In this document: piece by piece, positions 1-14,400 of the stretch
How the letters are laid out: each line of letters begins with the position of its first letter
Numbering within the stretch: position 1 is the first letter of the stretch
Assembly (NCBI GenBank): GCA_037379345.1
Contig: CM074511.1
Coordinates: forward strand, 49,172,862-49,236,861
Source of the DNA: Perna viridis
Lineage: Eukaryota
Length of the DNA: 64,000 bases
Reading direction: 5' to 3'
Made by a program: the position numbers and the translations under genes
Notes under the pieces: model-generated
Seen by the model: only the letters and a program-made list of their open reading frames with translations
The model's database searches: none
What the model was told of the DNA's origin: nothing

Positions 1-3000
1 ATCAATCTTTTGATGTGGTGACAGGGAATCAAACCCACATCAAAGAAACACAGATCAGCTTACATTTAATGTAACAGAACTAGGCCATTATAAGGTTCTG
101 TACTGAATGTAACCCCAACCTTGGCTTTCATGATGCACTTTTATACATGTATTTATCTACCTGCAGCTGCCTCGTTATTATTATGTAACATAAAGTTTCA
201 TAATACTAAATGTTCCAGTATCTTAAACAGAAAATTTGATTGAAACATATTTTTAATTTACAAAGAGAACTGCTGAGTTAGGGATACATCATAGAAATAA
301 TTTAAGTATACACTTTAACCCTTTCATACATATTGAAAACACCTAATACTGTAGCAGTCCTAAACCCCTTCCATAACTGAACAGTATGGATCCTCACTAA
401 AAATTCTTTTGTTTGAACTACACCACCTTGAATATCTTTTAACATGTCACACTGCTTTCAAAAATAAATTCTTCATAAACTCAAACACAAAAAATGTGCA
501 AATCATCACTTTTCAGCCTCCACCCATATCTTAACTTATGAAGAGTTAGTACTTTAGCCTTCCAGTTAAGGCCCACATAGTGTAAGGAGTAATAAACTAC
601 ATACCCATGATATCAACTTCAATACGTTAAATCAAGTTGAAAAGTTAAGTAGGATATACACTATGCTTGATAAAATGTAAATAACTAAGTAATTGTTTTT
701 ATTAGTTCACATTGGTCTCTTAATATAATGTACTAAAAACTTGAGCATGGTTTGGTGTGACTACCATGTCATACATGCATTTCAAATATGAAGATTTCTA
801 TCAAAGTTCCGATCAACTGAGTTTTAGGTACGAAAATCATTAACTTGGTAGTTTATCATTGCACATTATGTTTTCTTCAATCCTTGGGTCAAAAACCTTC
901 TAAATATGAATTTAATATCTTTATAAATATGTTAGTGACAATACTACTGAGATAACATATCTAGAAAAAAAAATGAATGCAACTAAAAATTTCTTAAGAA
1001 CCATTTTTTTCACAATTAGTTTTTACACATGCAGGTACCAGTGTGTACATAGTAGCTACAGTGAGCACAACATATCTTAATCACTAGAAAGATCAATGAG
1101 TAGAAAGTGAGCTAGAACAACAGAAAATTATAGTAACTTTGTATCGAGCTAAAACACTGGCAAGTACTAGAACACTTAAAAATTCCATAGAGGGCATAGT
1201 TGGCTATGAAACAATAGAAAGTTCCAATGAGTAAACAGTGAGTTACAACACTAACAAGAACCTATGAACAAAAACTATTACTGTGAGTCAGCCAACATAA
1301 TCGTGTCCTGCAACAGTAGGTACACTGTCACAGAGTAATTTATTAAGTTACTATGATATCAGTGAGTATGTACATTGGTGCAAGTGGATACAAAGTGGGC
1401 TTGAACAGTAGCAATTGTGCTAGTGCTTATATATGAGCAAGTGTCAGTGAGTGTTTATTTTTTGGTTGTTATTTATCAACATTTAACATCCTTCCACCAA
1501 CAATATAGAGACTTACAAACAACCATTTAATACATGTATGATAACCTGGGAATATCAAATAACACATATGGCAAAAATAGTATAAACAGTTTTACTGAAA
1601 TCCTACAAAAAATACATGTCAACCTTCACAAGCAGATGTTCTTAACAATAATTGTTTAATTAAGTGAAAAATCAGAGTGATTTATTCATGGACTAAGTGA
1701 AATCTGAGCTTGTCTTTTTTTCATATCAATCTTATAATTAAAGGTACATTAACACATGACTGCATTTCACTGCACACAGATGCACCAGGGTCTAGAATTA
1801 AGATTCATGCTTACCTATCATTAGATAGACCAGGGAGACAAAATAAATCATGTCAAAAAAATCAACAAACTGTGTGTGACAAGGCCATTTAATCTACACA
1901 TTGACTTCAAAAGATTCTTATCATATTTTTCTGCTAAAATTATTATCTTAATTAATGTCATCAAGGGTTATCAATATTCTTATAAAGTCTAAACTCATTA
2001 ATGTCACATGTCAGATGTAACTAACTTTACAATATCCACAATTGATAAGAGATGCAGGCATGTGAGCTAGCTGAGGTGCAGCTTCAAAATTTGAAATGTA
2101 CATATAACACACATTGTTTAAATTTGTAAATATACCACACCAAATTGCTGGATTTGAGTTGTTTATAAGCTTGTTTTTTTTAATCTGTGATAATTATAGC
2201 AGTAACATGTATAGTAACAGTTAAGGCAGCATGTCTTTCAACAAATGAATTCTGACAGCATGAAAGTAAACAGAGGCAGCAATAACCTTAAACATCAGAA
2301 GCCAAATGTTTGTCAGGTGAGACCCCCACCTTGTGTTTTAATCCTTTATTACTCATCCTCCCATGACATAGATTCTCATCTCTCCTCCATTCATTACTCA
2401 TTCTCTGGCACAGATTCCCTCATCCTCAAGTGTTTCTAAACATAAGCTCACAGGGCTAGTGTCTCTAGGCTAAATTGCTGAGTCATCAAAATGGTACCAG
2501 ACTCTGCTGGGGGTAATACAATCACATCATAACAAATATACAACAGTTTTCATGGGAAGCTGATGTATGATTCCAACACCTGTACTTTTCTCTTGATGCC
2601 TAACTGCAGACATATGTTAAGATGATTAAATGAAATTTGTAAAGATAATCAAATCTAAATTGATGAAGTAAAGAAGGATTTCACTTCATAACAGTGTAAA
2701 CTTATAGTCTACATAAATTGCCAAAGAGCAAATAAAATCTATCATTTCACATCAAATGTATCTGTTCTTCATTTTCTGTCAGCAAGAAGTTCATATTAAA
2801 ATAATTAGAACAGAAACTGAGACCTGTAACAAACCATGGAATCAAAGGTATACGAAATAAGGTAATAATTCAATTAAATAAAACATAATTTGTAATTCAT
2901 AAACTATACTTTTATTACCAAGTAAGTCTAATTCATAAATACTACGATCTACAGGGTGTCTTTGGTTTTACAGTTTTAATTAATTTACCAACATTTTTAT

Positions 3001-6000
3001 GATTTTATAACAAAAAATACCCCATATATTCTCACTGGTGTAGGTCTGAATAATGAAGATTATAATGGAGTGATACCACAAACCAATCATTTTGTCTCCA
3101 TCATAGACCCATTCTGATACCAAATGTACTAACAATGTTACAATTAAAACAATAAATAAAGAGAAAATTAGACATTCTGGTATGTGGTTAGACAAGACGG
3201 CTACTGTAAGTGACCAATCAGAGTTACTTCCCTTACCCTACTATTTAGTGTTAATGGTCAGTTGAAATGCTTAAGCAAGGATTGATGGCACACATCTCCT
3301 TGCCCCATTATTTGTCTTGAGTATTAATTTCACTGCTGACTGACTTGAAATTTACTTATCCTGACAGTACTAAGGACCATTTTTTAAAAATTGAAGTATA
3401 ATAATCATGGAGGACTAGCCACAACAATATAAAAAGCTTTAGAAAAAAAAACATCATGTTTAGATCAGTATTGCTCATGGTTGGATGGTTCTAGACCTGT
3501 AGTCAACTGGGAAATGATATCATCATCAGCTTGGTAGAGAGACAGAAAATCAATCCTATGATGTTTGTAATGTCTGCACATAGCTTGATCACTGCACAAA
3601 TTCATCATGAAAACATTAAACGAAGTGTAGAGTCCTGCATTGTGTACACTGCCATCCAACAGGGACACGATGCACGATGATTAAAGTCCAATGACTAAAC
3701 ACACTCAGATGTTATTAAGTAATTACATTACTCCTAAAGCCTAGCTTGAAACATTTTTTATCTTTTAGAATTATTTCATAAACTATTTTTATGGTATTAA
3801 TCAAGGGACACCATCAACACTTTTTTGATTGGAAATATATTTCCTGTAAATGGGAAAACTTCATGGATTATGTGCATTTTATTGTGATAACTGCTGCTCT
3901 GCAATTAATTACAAACAAAACATTAGCACCATGTCTCATCTATTATAAAACACCTACTCACTAAAACCTAGTGCAATAAGTGTTCTGGCCCATCCCTATA
4001 AGGTTATGGTGTGCCTACTAAATTGGACTTTTTGTTATTAATGAGGTGAAGGGCAAAGTATTATGAGACTCTCACTAGGATGACTTGATTCTAGCCTTCA
4101 GTAGTATTCTCATTTATCACAACTACACTAATTCTATACTTAATACCAAATTTGAACTTCAGTTAACAAGTAACAAGAGTACTCTATACAGTAAATTTGG
4201 AGGTACATCTTTATTAGCAGCAGCAATATTTTTTTAACTTTTGGTATTTGTAAATCGAAATGTAATAGATAGAAGCATTCTCTCCATCAATTTCTGTTAA
4301 GTCCATTGAGATAAATGAAGAGTGACAAGACCTTAATAAAGTGGACAATTCAAGATGAGATTAGAATCATTTTAATACAGGTGGTCTTCACCAACCATCC
4401 TTCTTATTCATTCACAAAATTTTTGCTGAATGTGCAGATCTTTCTTAATGACTACTTGTGATTTAAAGGGACAAGAAATATTCCCAATTTTTTTTACATC
4501 AAATTTAGGCCACTACACCTGCCGAATGAATCATATTGTTCCGATAATTTAAGCAAGGGGTCAGAAATACATCAAGGTGATCACTGGAAAATGCAAACAA
4601 AATAATATAGAATGAGTCAGAAAGACCCCATTTTTAATCCAACTTTAAACAACAATTTAGTTTCTTACATTATGATAAATCTTTTGTTAGGTTTAAATAA
4701 TTTGTGAAAATATCCTAACAGAATGTGTCATTGTGTCGGAATCTATTCAATTTACATTTAAGTTTATATCTTCCCTATACACTTAATAGAAACCATGTTC
4801 AGGGAGTAAATAGAAATATTTCACCAGTAAACACAACCTAGCTATCTAAGCAAACAATTTCAATATTTAAATTTTATTTCAATGAGAGAAAGACTTTAAC
4901 ATTAACCGTCACATTTTTTTTAGTTCAGTCATAAATTGTACCTGTATTTTAGGGAACCCCTAAGAGTGATATATGTACTGGAGGTGCTCAGTCAATTTTA
5001 CAAAAGTGATACAAATGAAATAGTTCCAAGTGTTGTCACCTTATTTCTTGTCAGAATTAATCTATCCTAAAATGTTACACTGTACAACACATGTTGCATG
5101 AATGGGTTACTGAAAAAAAGATGTAACAAAACATGGCACCATGACCTAAAAAAGTGTACCACAAATTCTTTCACCTTGACCTTAATTCACACTTTATGTC
5201 AGTATTCAAAATAAGCATTAGTTCTTACAGTTGCCTTGACCTTCACACTTAATATCAGCGTACAGCAATAGGTATAAGTCATCATTATCATCTCCATAAT
5301 TTAGTAAGTTTTCATATGCTCCATTGACCTATGTACCCTATACCTAATTTGCAATTTGTAACCTTGACCCCCAAACATTATGTCTTTATCTTCACCTAGA
5401 CTTGGTATGTCAGTGTAAGACTTAACTCATCTGTGAAATATTTTAATGAAACCATATTTCAATATGATTGTCTGATCAGTGTTGCCCTAACTTTTGATGA
5501 ATGGTCAACCAACCAAAAAATTGGCAAGGCTTTGATTAAGCAGCAGTATACAGTAACAAATTCCCTACCACCTCAAAATGAAAAATGATAACCAGAAAAA
5601 TTCTAATATTTGTAATAAAATTTCTTTTGATCCTGAATTCTTGGCACTAAAAACAAATTCTCCAAATTTTCTGGATTGAAATCTTTCCACTAAAATACCA
5701 GACCACCTAATCTAAAAATGGATATGAAAACTGAGTTAAACCACAATTGTTAATCAGAGTGATTAATCTGTATGAGAATGTAAACCTTTTGTCTCTAATT
5801 AGAAAAAAGGGCCTTCAACATGGCAATACACAAGTTAATTCTGTAAAGTTAGCCTAATGTTAATCTCTAGATAAGTCAACTTCAAAGGACAATTCTCACT
5901 CAGATTAAATCCACAAAACTGATGACAAAGCAAACTAGATAACTTATCAATTGACACCCTGAAAAAAATACAAAAAACTCAAGACCACACATAGATTATT

Positions 6001-8339
6001 ATACAAACATATAATTGTTTGATGTAGGTATATAAACATAGCATGGGGCATCATCTACTAAGGTGACATCTTGGGATAAACTCTAAACTAAGAGGTAGAG
6101 AAAATAACTTATGAATTAACCACCTGAAGATAACCCATGAATAATAGTATTTAAAGTTGTTAAAGTTTCTAAAAAATATGCCACAATTACAACTTAATAA
6201 GTATATAAGGGCACCGTTTAAAAGCAAGGGACATTTTAAGAGAGACAATATCTACCACTCTCGATTTCTCAAAGAATACAAAACCACTAATCTCAAGAAA
6301 GCAAATATTTTGATTACAGTACTTATGAGTCAGTGGATAGCAGGATTATTGTTTGATGACCAATACACATTTCTGCGGTCAATGTGACAGGGTTGTAGGC
6401 TAACTCAAGTACAAAGCTAATATTTCTGCCTTCAGCTTTTTATACCATTGAATAGGCTTAATGTCATGAGATGTCACAAATTAACAACTCAGCAATAATG
6501 AAATGACTAACAACCTCAACAGAGCTGGAGACTGGCAACCCTGCTACATTACTTCTCTCATTTTAAACAGCCAATTCAAATTTGGGACACATTAATTGTA
6601 ACCTTTTAATTATATTTCATTACCTTCAGGACAAGATTTAGTGCCCACCCAAAGTTTCAAAGATCCTATATTAGGATAGTTACTTACACCACTTCAAGAA
6701 CAAGCCTCTACTATTGTAGAGCTAATATTTTGGGCAGGAGACTTACAAGGATCTTAAAAGCTATGGAAGACTTATCATTCATTTCAATAAACACCTAATC
6801 CATTTATCTGTTTGACAAAGATAAGATTTTGCTCCAGATATCCCTAATCTGGGGAGGTTCAAAACTTATCCAAGAAATGAATCAATTATCTTTTATTTTC
6901 CCTGACATATATTGCTATAACATAATTGTGGTTAGAATAAATGATAGTATATCTTGTGTGAGTCATCCAAACACTGGGTACTAATATATATGTTTACTGA
7001 CCAAGATCTAAGTAATTATCTAAGTGGCATTGACATTTTCATAAAGAAAATCCACTTCCTTTAGAGTTATTTCCCCTCAAACAGTTTTCTAAATTAATAG
7101 TGAAAAAAAAATAATACTGCTAAGAAGAAAGAAGATTTCTAATAAAGTAAGGAATTAGATCTGTCATGTTTCTAGGAGAACCAACTCATATTGCACTCTT
7201 CATACACTGGAAATAAAACAAAATAACCGACATATTTTGAGCAGTCAGAGGCAAATCTATAGCAGATTCTGTCAGAAAAAACTACATTTGAATTAAAGAA
7301 ATAGACCAAATCTGAAAATAATAATATCCGATAGACCTGGTAGTGTTACCTGTTTATAAAAGTAGGTGACAACTGATTGTTGAACTGCAAAGAAACAAAG
7401 ATTTATACATGGAGTGTTGAGATAAGCATGAAATAGTCAAGAAATAAAACCCCTGGAAAACCTGATTGTGTACAAGTATTGTGTAACACAAGGAAAGACA
7501 TTTGTTCAAAGGGAGGGAAAAGGCAGCTGCATTAAGAGCATTTATCCTATATCAGTTTATCTGAAAACACTATAAGTTCTTAATGTATTAAATAACCATG
7601 ATTGGATAACTATAAAATCACCTAAAACTTATAGGATTAAAATTATCACTTCCTAGTCCAGATCCAAATCAAGTATTACAATGTGTGAAATTAATTTAGG
7701 ATTTTTATTAGAAGGATCAACATCAAATGCGCTGTTAAACACTTTGTACATCTTTCAATTAAAATCTGATTAAAACTAATTCATAAGTTTGGATATGGAA
7801 GTCCTTCGGTAAAGCCAAATCTGCTTAACTTCTCCTGTGGCCATGACTTGACTTACATATGAAATCAAACATGTCTAACAAGGACCCCACAAATAGGCCA
7901 GCTTAAAAGATTAATCTTAAAGACCGACAGCATGTTTTTATTTGACTTAAAACTTTCAAGCCCTTACCCAACACTCTTATAACATTAACAGTAACTTACT
8001 TTAAAAACAATTTTACAAAGGAAAACTTTAAACTTTACTTCACATCTTTACAAAATAAAATATGAGTTGGCAGAGTTTGAAGAGTATCCATCAATGATTT
8101 TTTAATAGGTCATTAATATAGTACCATAAATGCACATATATTTCATTGCAGATTATTAAAACATCAAAAGACTAGACCTTGAAACCACTTATGTACATCC
8201 AAAATACTACTAACTATAAGTTTTTAAACAAAAAACAATGTAAGATACCTAAATCATCCTATGCCATCTTCTTCAGCCTGAGCAGACTAAAACTTCCTTC
8301 AATGAAATGATCAGCCTAAGCAGCCTATAACTTACTTAG

Positions 8340-9135
8340 ACATCTAGACCATCCTTTGTCACCAAGATCAGCTTGAAAAACCTTGAACTATCTGACACTC
8401 CTTGATCACCCTATGTCAGAAAGATCACCCTGCACAACCTTGACCTCCTAGAACACCATATGTCACCCAGATCAGACTGAACAACTTGACCTATCTAGGA
8501 CCCCTTGATCACGCTACATCACCAAGATCAGCTTGAACAACCTTGAACTACCTAAGATCCCTTGATCACACTATGTCACCAAGATCAGACTGAACAACCT
8601 TGACCTATCTAGGACCCCTTGATCACATTGTGTCACCAAGATCATCCTGAACAACCTTGACCTATCTAAGACTCCTTGATCACACTATATCATCAAGATC
8701 AGCATGAATAACCTTGACCTATCTAAGACCCCTTGATCACATTGTGTCACCAAGATCATCCTGAACAACCTTGACCTATCTAAGACTCCTTGATCACACT
8801 ATATCACCAAGATCAGCATGAACAACCTTGACCTATCTAAGACCCCTTGATCACACTATGTCACCAAGATCAGTCTGAACAGCCTGGAACTATCTGAGAC
8901 CCCTTGATCACCCTATATCACCAAGATCAGCATGAACAACCTTGAACTATCTGAGACCCCTAGATCACCCTATGTCACCAAGATCAGCATGAACAACCTT
9001 GAACTATCTGAGACCCCTAGATCACCCTATGTCACCAAGATCAGCATGAACAACCTTGAACCATCTTAGACCTCTAGATCACCCTTTGTCACCAATATCA
9101 GCCTGAGGCAACCTTGAACTATCTTAGACCCCTTA
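8340..9135. repeat. 57-bp minisatellite, about 14 copies
   Basis: Unit approximately tcaccaagatcagcatgaacaaccttgacctatctaagaccccttgatcacactatg; period 57 (cttgaac at 8941 and 8998). Edges are degenerate. Confidence 0.93.
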
Positions 9136-9945
9136 ACCATCCTAACCCACCCTGATAAGCCTGAGCAGCCTAGATCTTCCTAAGCATCTTGAACTATTTA
9201 GTTAACCTCATCCATGAGAGTGAGGCTGGACCTTGATCTTGTTAGACAAAACATTTTAAAGGAGTAAAAATTCACAAAACTTGAACAATCCACCAAAATC
9301 CTGAATGGATCTACCTGTTCTATCTAGATCAGCCTTGTTAACCAGGAAGACTATGAAAAGCCAAGAAAAAGATGAACCAGTCTCACATAATTTTACCAAT
9401 TATTTAAGCCAATACTTACCCTCATTTTACCACAATGAAAGAAGTAACATTTACTCTTTAATTAAATATAACTATCTTGTAAAAACATCAGTAAACTGTA
9501 ATTAAAGCCAACTATTTTGTCCAAAAACTTTTCTTGAAGGACTTGTTTGACTAGAACACAACCAATTTAACAATTTTAACAATAATAAATTTATTATAAA
9601 ACAATTGACAATTATAATAGTATACTATAATTACTCTCCTTTTATGGACTTCTTGATTTTAAGACAAAATAATACTTTTGTCAAATTGCATTAGGCATTT
9701 AAAGCAACTGAAAAAGAAACAGAATGCACTCAACAAAAAAAGACCTTAGATTACTTTCCATCAAATACACAATTATTAAAATGGCCTTGTGTATTGCTAA
9801 ATATGACAGTGAAATGAAAATACCATAATTATTGTTAAAATCAACCTGATCAGATTATTTTAACTATTACCAACTGTTTCCTACAATTGGCACATTCATA
9901 TGTCAAGAATTTATTAAACTTCTACTTTAGTTACAGTGACACTAA

Positions 9946-10425
9946 GGCCAAAAAAAATGTATGTCTGTTTCGGGTTTTCCGACCAACCCTACTTTTTTCT
10001 CCCGACCCTAATACATTTTTTCCCCAAAATTGACAAAATCGGTAATTTCCGCCCATTTCCCATATAATACGGATCATTTCCGGTAAAACCAAAAGTACGT
10101 TAAAAACCAGGTCACAATAGCGTTTGAATAGGAGACTGATTTATATCACATAAATCCAAGCATAAATACTGTGTACTAATATTTTGTTCAAAATTCCTAC
10201 AAAAAATAAGTGTATTGTAATAAAAGACATGATTAATAGGTGTGTATGTTAAAAATTAAACTTTCTACTTAAAACCATACACGCTCATGACTTAAACATG
10301 ATGCTATTTTAGGCTCAACTTTAGTCAAGAAAAAATAAAATGAAAAAAAAAAAGGAAAATGCCTACCAACCTACCCTATTTTTGGAAGGAATGTAACCCT
10401 AAACAGACATTTTTTTTTGTTGGCC
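9946..10425. mobile_element. PIF/Harbinger (Tourist)-type MITE, 480 bp
   Basis: TIRs GGCCAAAAAAAA..TGTCTGTTT(C/A)GGGTT at both ends, flanked by a TAA target-site duplication on both sides. Retains CpGs inside a CpG-depleted intron. Confidence 0.85.
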
Positions 10426-11227
10426 TAATCATGAAATTATGAGGAACACTGTCTCAGCTGAAATACTCTTGAACAATTGGCATTAAAGTAAATGGTTAAA
10501 CATACAGAATATTGTCTCATGTCTGACAATTCAACAAAAGTGCAAGGTACACAGAGATATAACTAATCAAAACTGATGCAGGAATTACAATACCTTAATC
10601 TTTAATCATTGTCTTCAGAATTGGGTAACATGAAATATGTGACAGTTAACAAGGACGATTCAGTTCATCCCCACCCCCAACACTTCCCCTTTGCCTTCTT
10701 AATATTAAAATTTAAAAGACAACAATTTTTAGAACTCAAATAGCATACATGTATAACATCAACTAAATCAACAACTATTATAGATTTAAAACAAGAGGAT
10801 CCACTAACAGTTTTAATCCTTCCCCTGGATACTAAACTATATATACACTTAAAAGTGTTTTTGATAAGCATAGGACAAAACTGCATTCAAGATCTATATG
10901 TATGTTGGGGTGGATGGTTAAATTATTCAAAGTAGCAAGCAAAGTGCAAACCAATCAGGTTAAAACTTTAAATCACAGGTCAAATCATTGGTAATAATGC
11001 TTTAGCTTGCACTTGTAATCAAACACAACTTTAAGCAGGTAAAAGAATCGCAAGTTTTGGATACCAAGTGGTTGTTGAGCTTTCCTGGATGGTTGGGCCT
11101 TTGGTCAATGTGCCAGAGCTTCTAAAGATACCATGAATTATGTTGTAAATATATTTCTTTATGTGTTAATGTTCCTCACTAAGTCTGTTAAATAGTTGCA
11201 TATGGGCTTATTTAGTAATCCAGCTTA

Positions 11228-11456
11228 GGCCTCCAAAAAATATCCTAGATTCTTATCCCGTCCCACTCAATTTTCTTTCACTCACACTGAAAATTATGTT
11301 TTTTGAGTTTTTTTCCCAATTCAGGTCAATTTCTTTCTAATTGACAGCATTTTCACTTAAATCAATAGAATTTAAAAAAAAAAAATAAATTTGCCTGCTC
11401 ATCCCTAATTTTGAAAAATGTTGGATGAGAATCTAGGATTTTTTTTAATGATGGCC
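11228..11456. mobile_element. PIF/Harbinger-type MITE, 229 bp
   Basis: TIRs GGCC..AAAAA..ATCCTAGATTCT(T/C)ATCC at both ends with a TTA TSD (11225-11227 and 11457-11459). Confidence 0.85.
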
Positions 11457-14400
11457 TTATCATTATTTTTGAATCCTTACATAACAAACTGAAGTACTCC
11501 TTCCTACATGGCAACATCTACCTGCACAAGCTAAGATTAAATTCACATATTTAAAGGCTAATGACCTTGATCAATGGACAAACAATGAGCCTGAAAACCC
11601 ATTTGATGATATTTTGAATACACAAAGCTACATGCTTGCAATTAAAACATTCTTTGACAATTCCCACCAGTAATTCTAGCCAAAAGCCATAAACAGTTAA
11701 TCAGTTGTTTTCAATACTGGGGTCGAATTTTCCAGTAATTCATTAAATTCTGATTGTTATCAGATGATAACAGTATCGATAATGTGTATGAAAAGGTGAT
11801 ATCCGTGTAAAGACAAATCTAGTCCATTTTCCTGCTTTTTTTCCTCTAAGAGTTAAAGGTTAAAGTATGTGACCAAATATTTACCGTATTATCACTGATG
11901 AAATCTGATAGGGATGTCAGTGTAGGCAAGTATTTTACAGTAATGTTCATAAGCACGAAGAATTATCCTGTCAAAATTTACTGCCTTCAAAAATCGAATA
12001 CTTTCAGATAGGCATTTATTACAAGAAGCAAGACATTCTGGCTTTAAGTAACTAAAGATAGTGCATTAAAGCTTTGAACAAACAACATTAAAACATGCTA
12101 TGTAAAAGAACTTATCACAAGTAGAACATGTAAGTGCACAGCTCTTAAATTTGTCACTTCAAGCAATTGAATGTTTGAAAAAATGAGACAAAAATTTCAA
12201 TGATCTGTAAAAATCCTTTAATAAAAGTACATTTGTCTTTCAGTTATGTTATGTAATACATGAACTTCTCTTCATATTCAAGTGTACAATTATCAAGTGT
12301 CACAAGACTAATATCATAATCTAAATCAACAAATCGTTCAGTTCATGACAAATTTCCTCCTCTGTAAAATAGTTCCATCATAAAATGATCAAAGGTATAG
12401 AAAGACAGAAAATTTAATAAAACATGCTACACATCTGTAAAAATCTTTTTCTAGACTTCTGATATGTCATAGATAATGCACAAAGTACTTTCTTGACTTA
12501 AAAGCCATGATTTTGTTGTCAAACAGAGTCGAGTTTTTGTCATGTTACAAATGATTTGACTGTCAGCTATACTTATATCATGTATGAATTACCATTAATA
12601 TCTAGGTTTACTTCTGCCACACCTTTCACTGAGTTCTTCCTCACCTATGTCATGAAACTAGAACAGCAATTTCAGGGGAGCCAAGTGGTGCCAAGGGGTC
12701 CCAAGGGGGTCTGTCTCCCCTTTATATCCAAAAAGTGAAAATCATGGGTATGCCCCATTTAGATCAGTCAGTGCCCCACCCACTATAAGGAATTTGTTGT
12801 TTTACCACTGCTAATGGTATCATATGTACTGTAAGTAAGTCTCTGTAGACCTTCAAGAATTAACAGTTTTCAGATTGATAAACATATGAATTCTGAATAA
12901 TTAAATATGGAATTATCAAACATTACATCTATTTGATTTTTTCTTGCTTTTTTGTAATTTCATAACCAAGTTGATTAAAACTGATTATCTAATACCATGC
13001 ATTTATAGGTTTATTTGTTTTCAATTCAAAAGTAAATTAATATGAGATTATTTTGTAAATAGTTTAACAAAGTTTAAATATGTGCACTACAAAATATTCA
13101 TTCACTTAATGTCAAAAATGTTTTCATTTAATTATAAATGAGAACATGACTTAGTATCATGTCACTGGGAAATATAAAAGGATGAAAAAAAAACAGTGAA
13201 TGATCTACAACATCACACACAGGAAATACTAAAACAATCTGACCTACAAACATCTCGTAATAAATAAATCTGTCAATGATCATGATATTTCTGCTGATCA
13301 GGCTGAATATTCTGGATTCCTTATTGGCAAGACAAAATCCTAATGATTACTGGTAATAAAAAACTAAGCAGTCCAAAGTTCAATCCACCAATAAAACCCA
13401 CTATTATAGTGTACATAATAATAAACAATAAACTGAAAAGTCAGGAATATGTCGAAAAATCACTTATATAGTAATGATATAAGCTCACAATTAGGATTTT
13501 CCATAATATTTGTAGGTTTCTCCCATTTTAATTTCAATTTTAAGACATTTAAGCTGCAAAAAAATGCATGTAAGATTTGCTAATCTCTCAATAAAATGTT
13601 ATGTGACCTTCAGCTAATATATCTGACTGTATATACATGTAGTAAATGAAACTTGATATTACACATTTTTATTTTTCTTAAAAGTACAAAAACTATGCAT
13701 GATCTATCATAAGACAAAACAGAAAAATAAAAGTCTTGTTTCCTGCTACCCACAAGAAAAAACAGGAAATTGTTTTAATTAAGTAAAGGGGAAACAATCT
13801 AGACTGACAGTGCTTGAGCCAAAATCGCCATTAAATGTTTTGGTTAGGCACAAAAAAGAACTAAGGTAGGCAGGGTTGCAGGAAACAGACACATTAATTT
13901 TCTTGGTCTCATATAAAATTAAATACAAAGACCTGATTTCTCCTTTACCAAAATCTATTTCTATACTTTTTTTTTCACTAGGTACATTTATTATTATGTA
14001 TATCAAATAATCAAAGATCAGGTGGTGTGATAGAAAAAAAGAATCCCCAAGTTGATCAAATCAAATGAGTTGCAACAAAAACAATTCAATGATTCAATGA
14101 TGTATGTTTTTGCTGGGAACTTCTGTCAATAATTAGATATGGCTAGAATGTCCCATTATTGTAGGAATAAAGTTGACAAATGAGTTTTAGACATGTTTTC
14201 TGAAAATATCAAATGAAATAATTGCTTTTGCTTATCATGATGTAAAGCAGCTATAAGTCAGTTTGGACACTTGTATACAGTAAAATCAATATTGTCACAT
14301 GCAACAGATCTATATCACCACCACTAGTACTGTTCAGACATAACTATAGCTACTAATTTTTCATTGTCAGAAATTTGTGCCTGCCACCATAGTCAAGTAG

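Noticed and set aside
3465-3668. 67-aa minus-strand ORF as a downstream kinase exon
   Set aside because: No recognisable kinase or UBA motif, and the intervening catalytic exons were not found. A conserved non-coding element cannot be excluded.
8340-9135. 57-bp repeat as a collagen-like coding relic
   Set aside because: Minus-strand frames contain stops and no sustained Gly-X-Y periodicity.
12673-12810. Possible hAT MITE (also fragments at ~17715-17830, 28380-28530 and 57474-57590)
   Set aside because: Termini are too degenerate and there is no TSD, so boundaries cannot be supported.
13779-14006. ORF with two DFG tripeptides as the next kinase exon
   Set aside because: No DLKxEN, no activation-loop or APE context, no good splice sites; a chance match.
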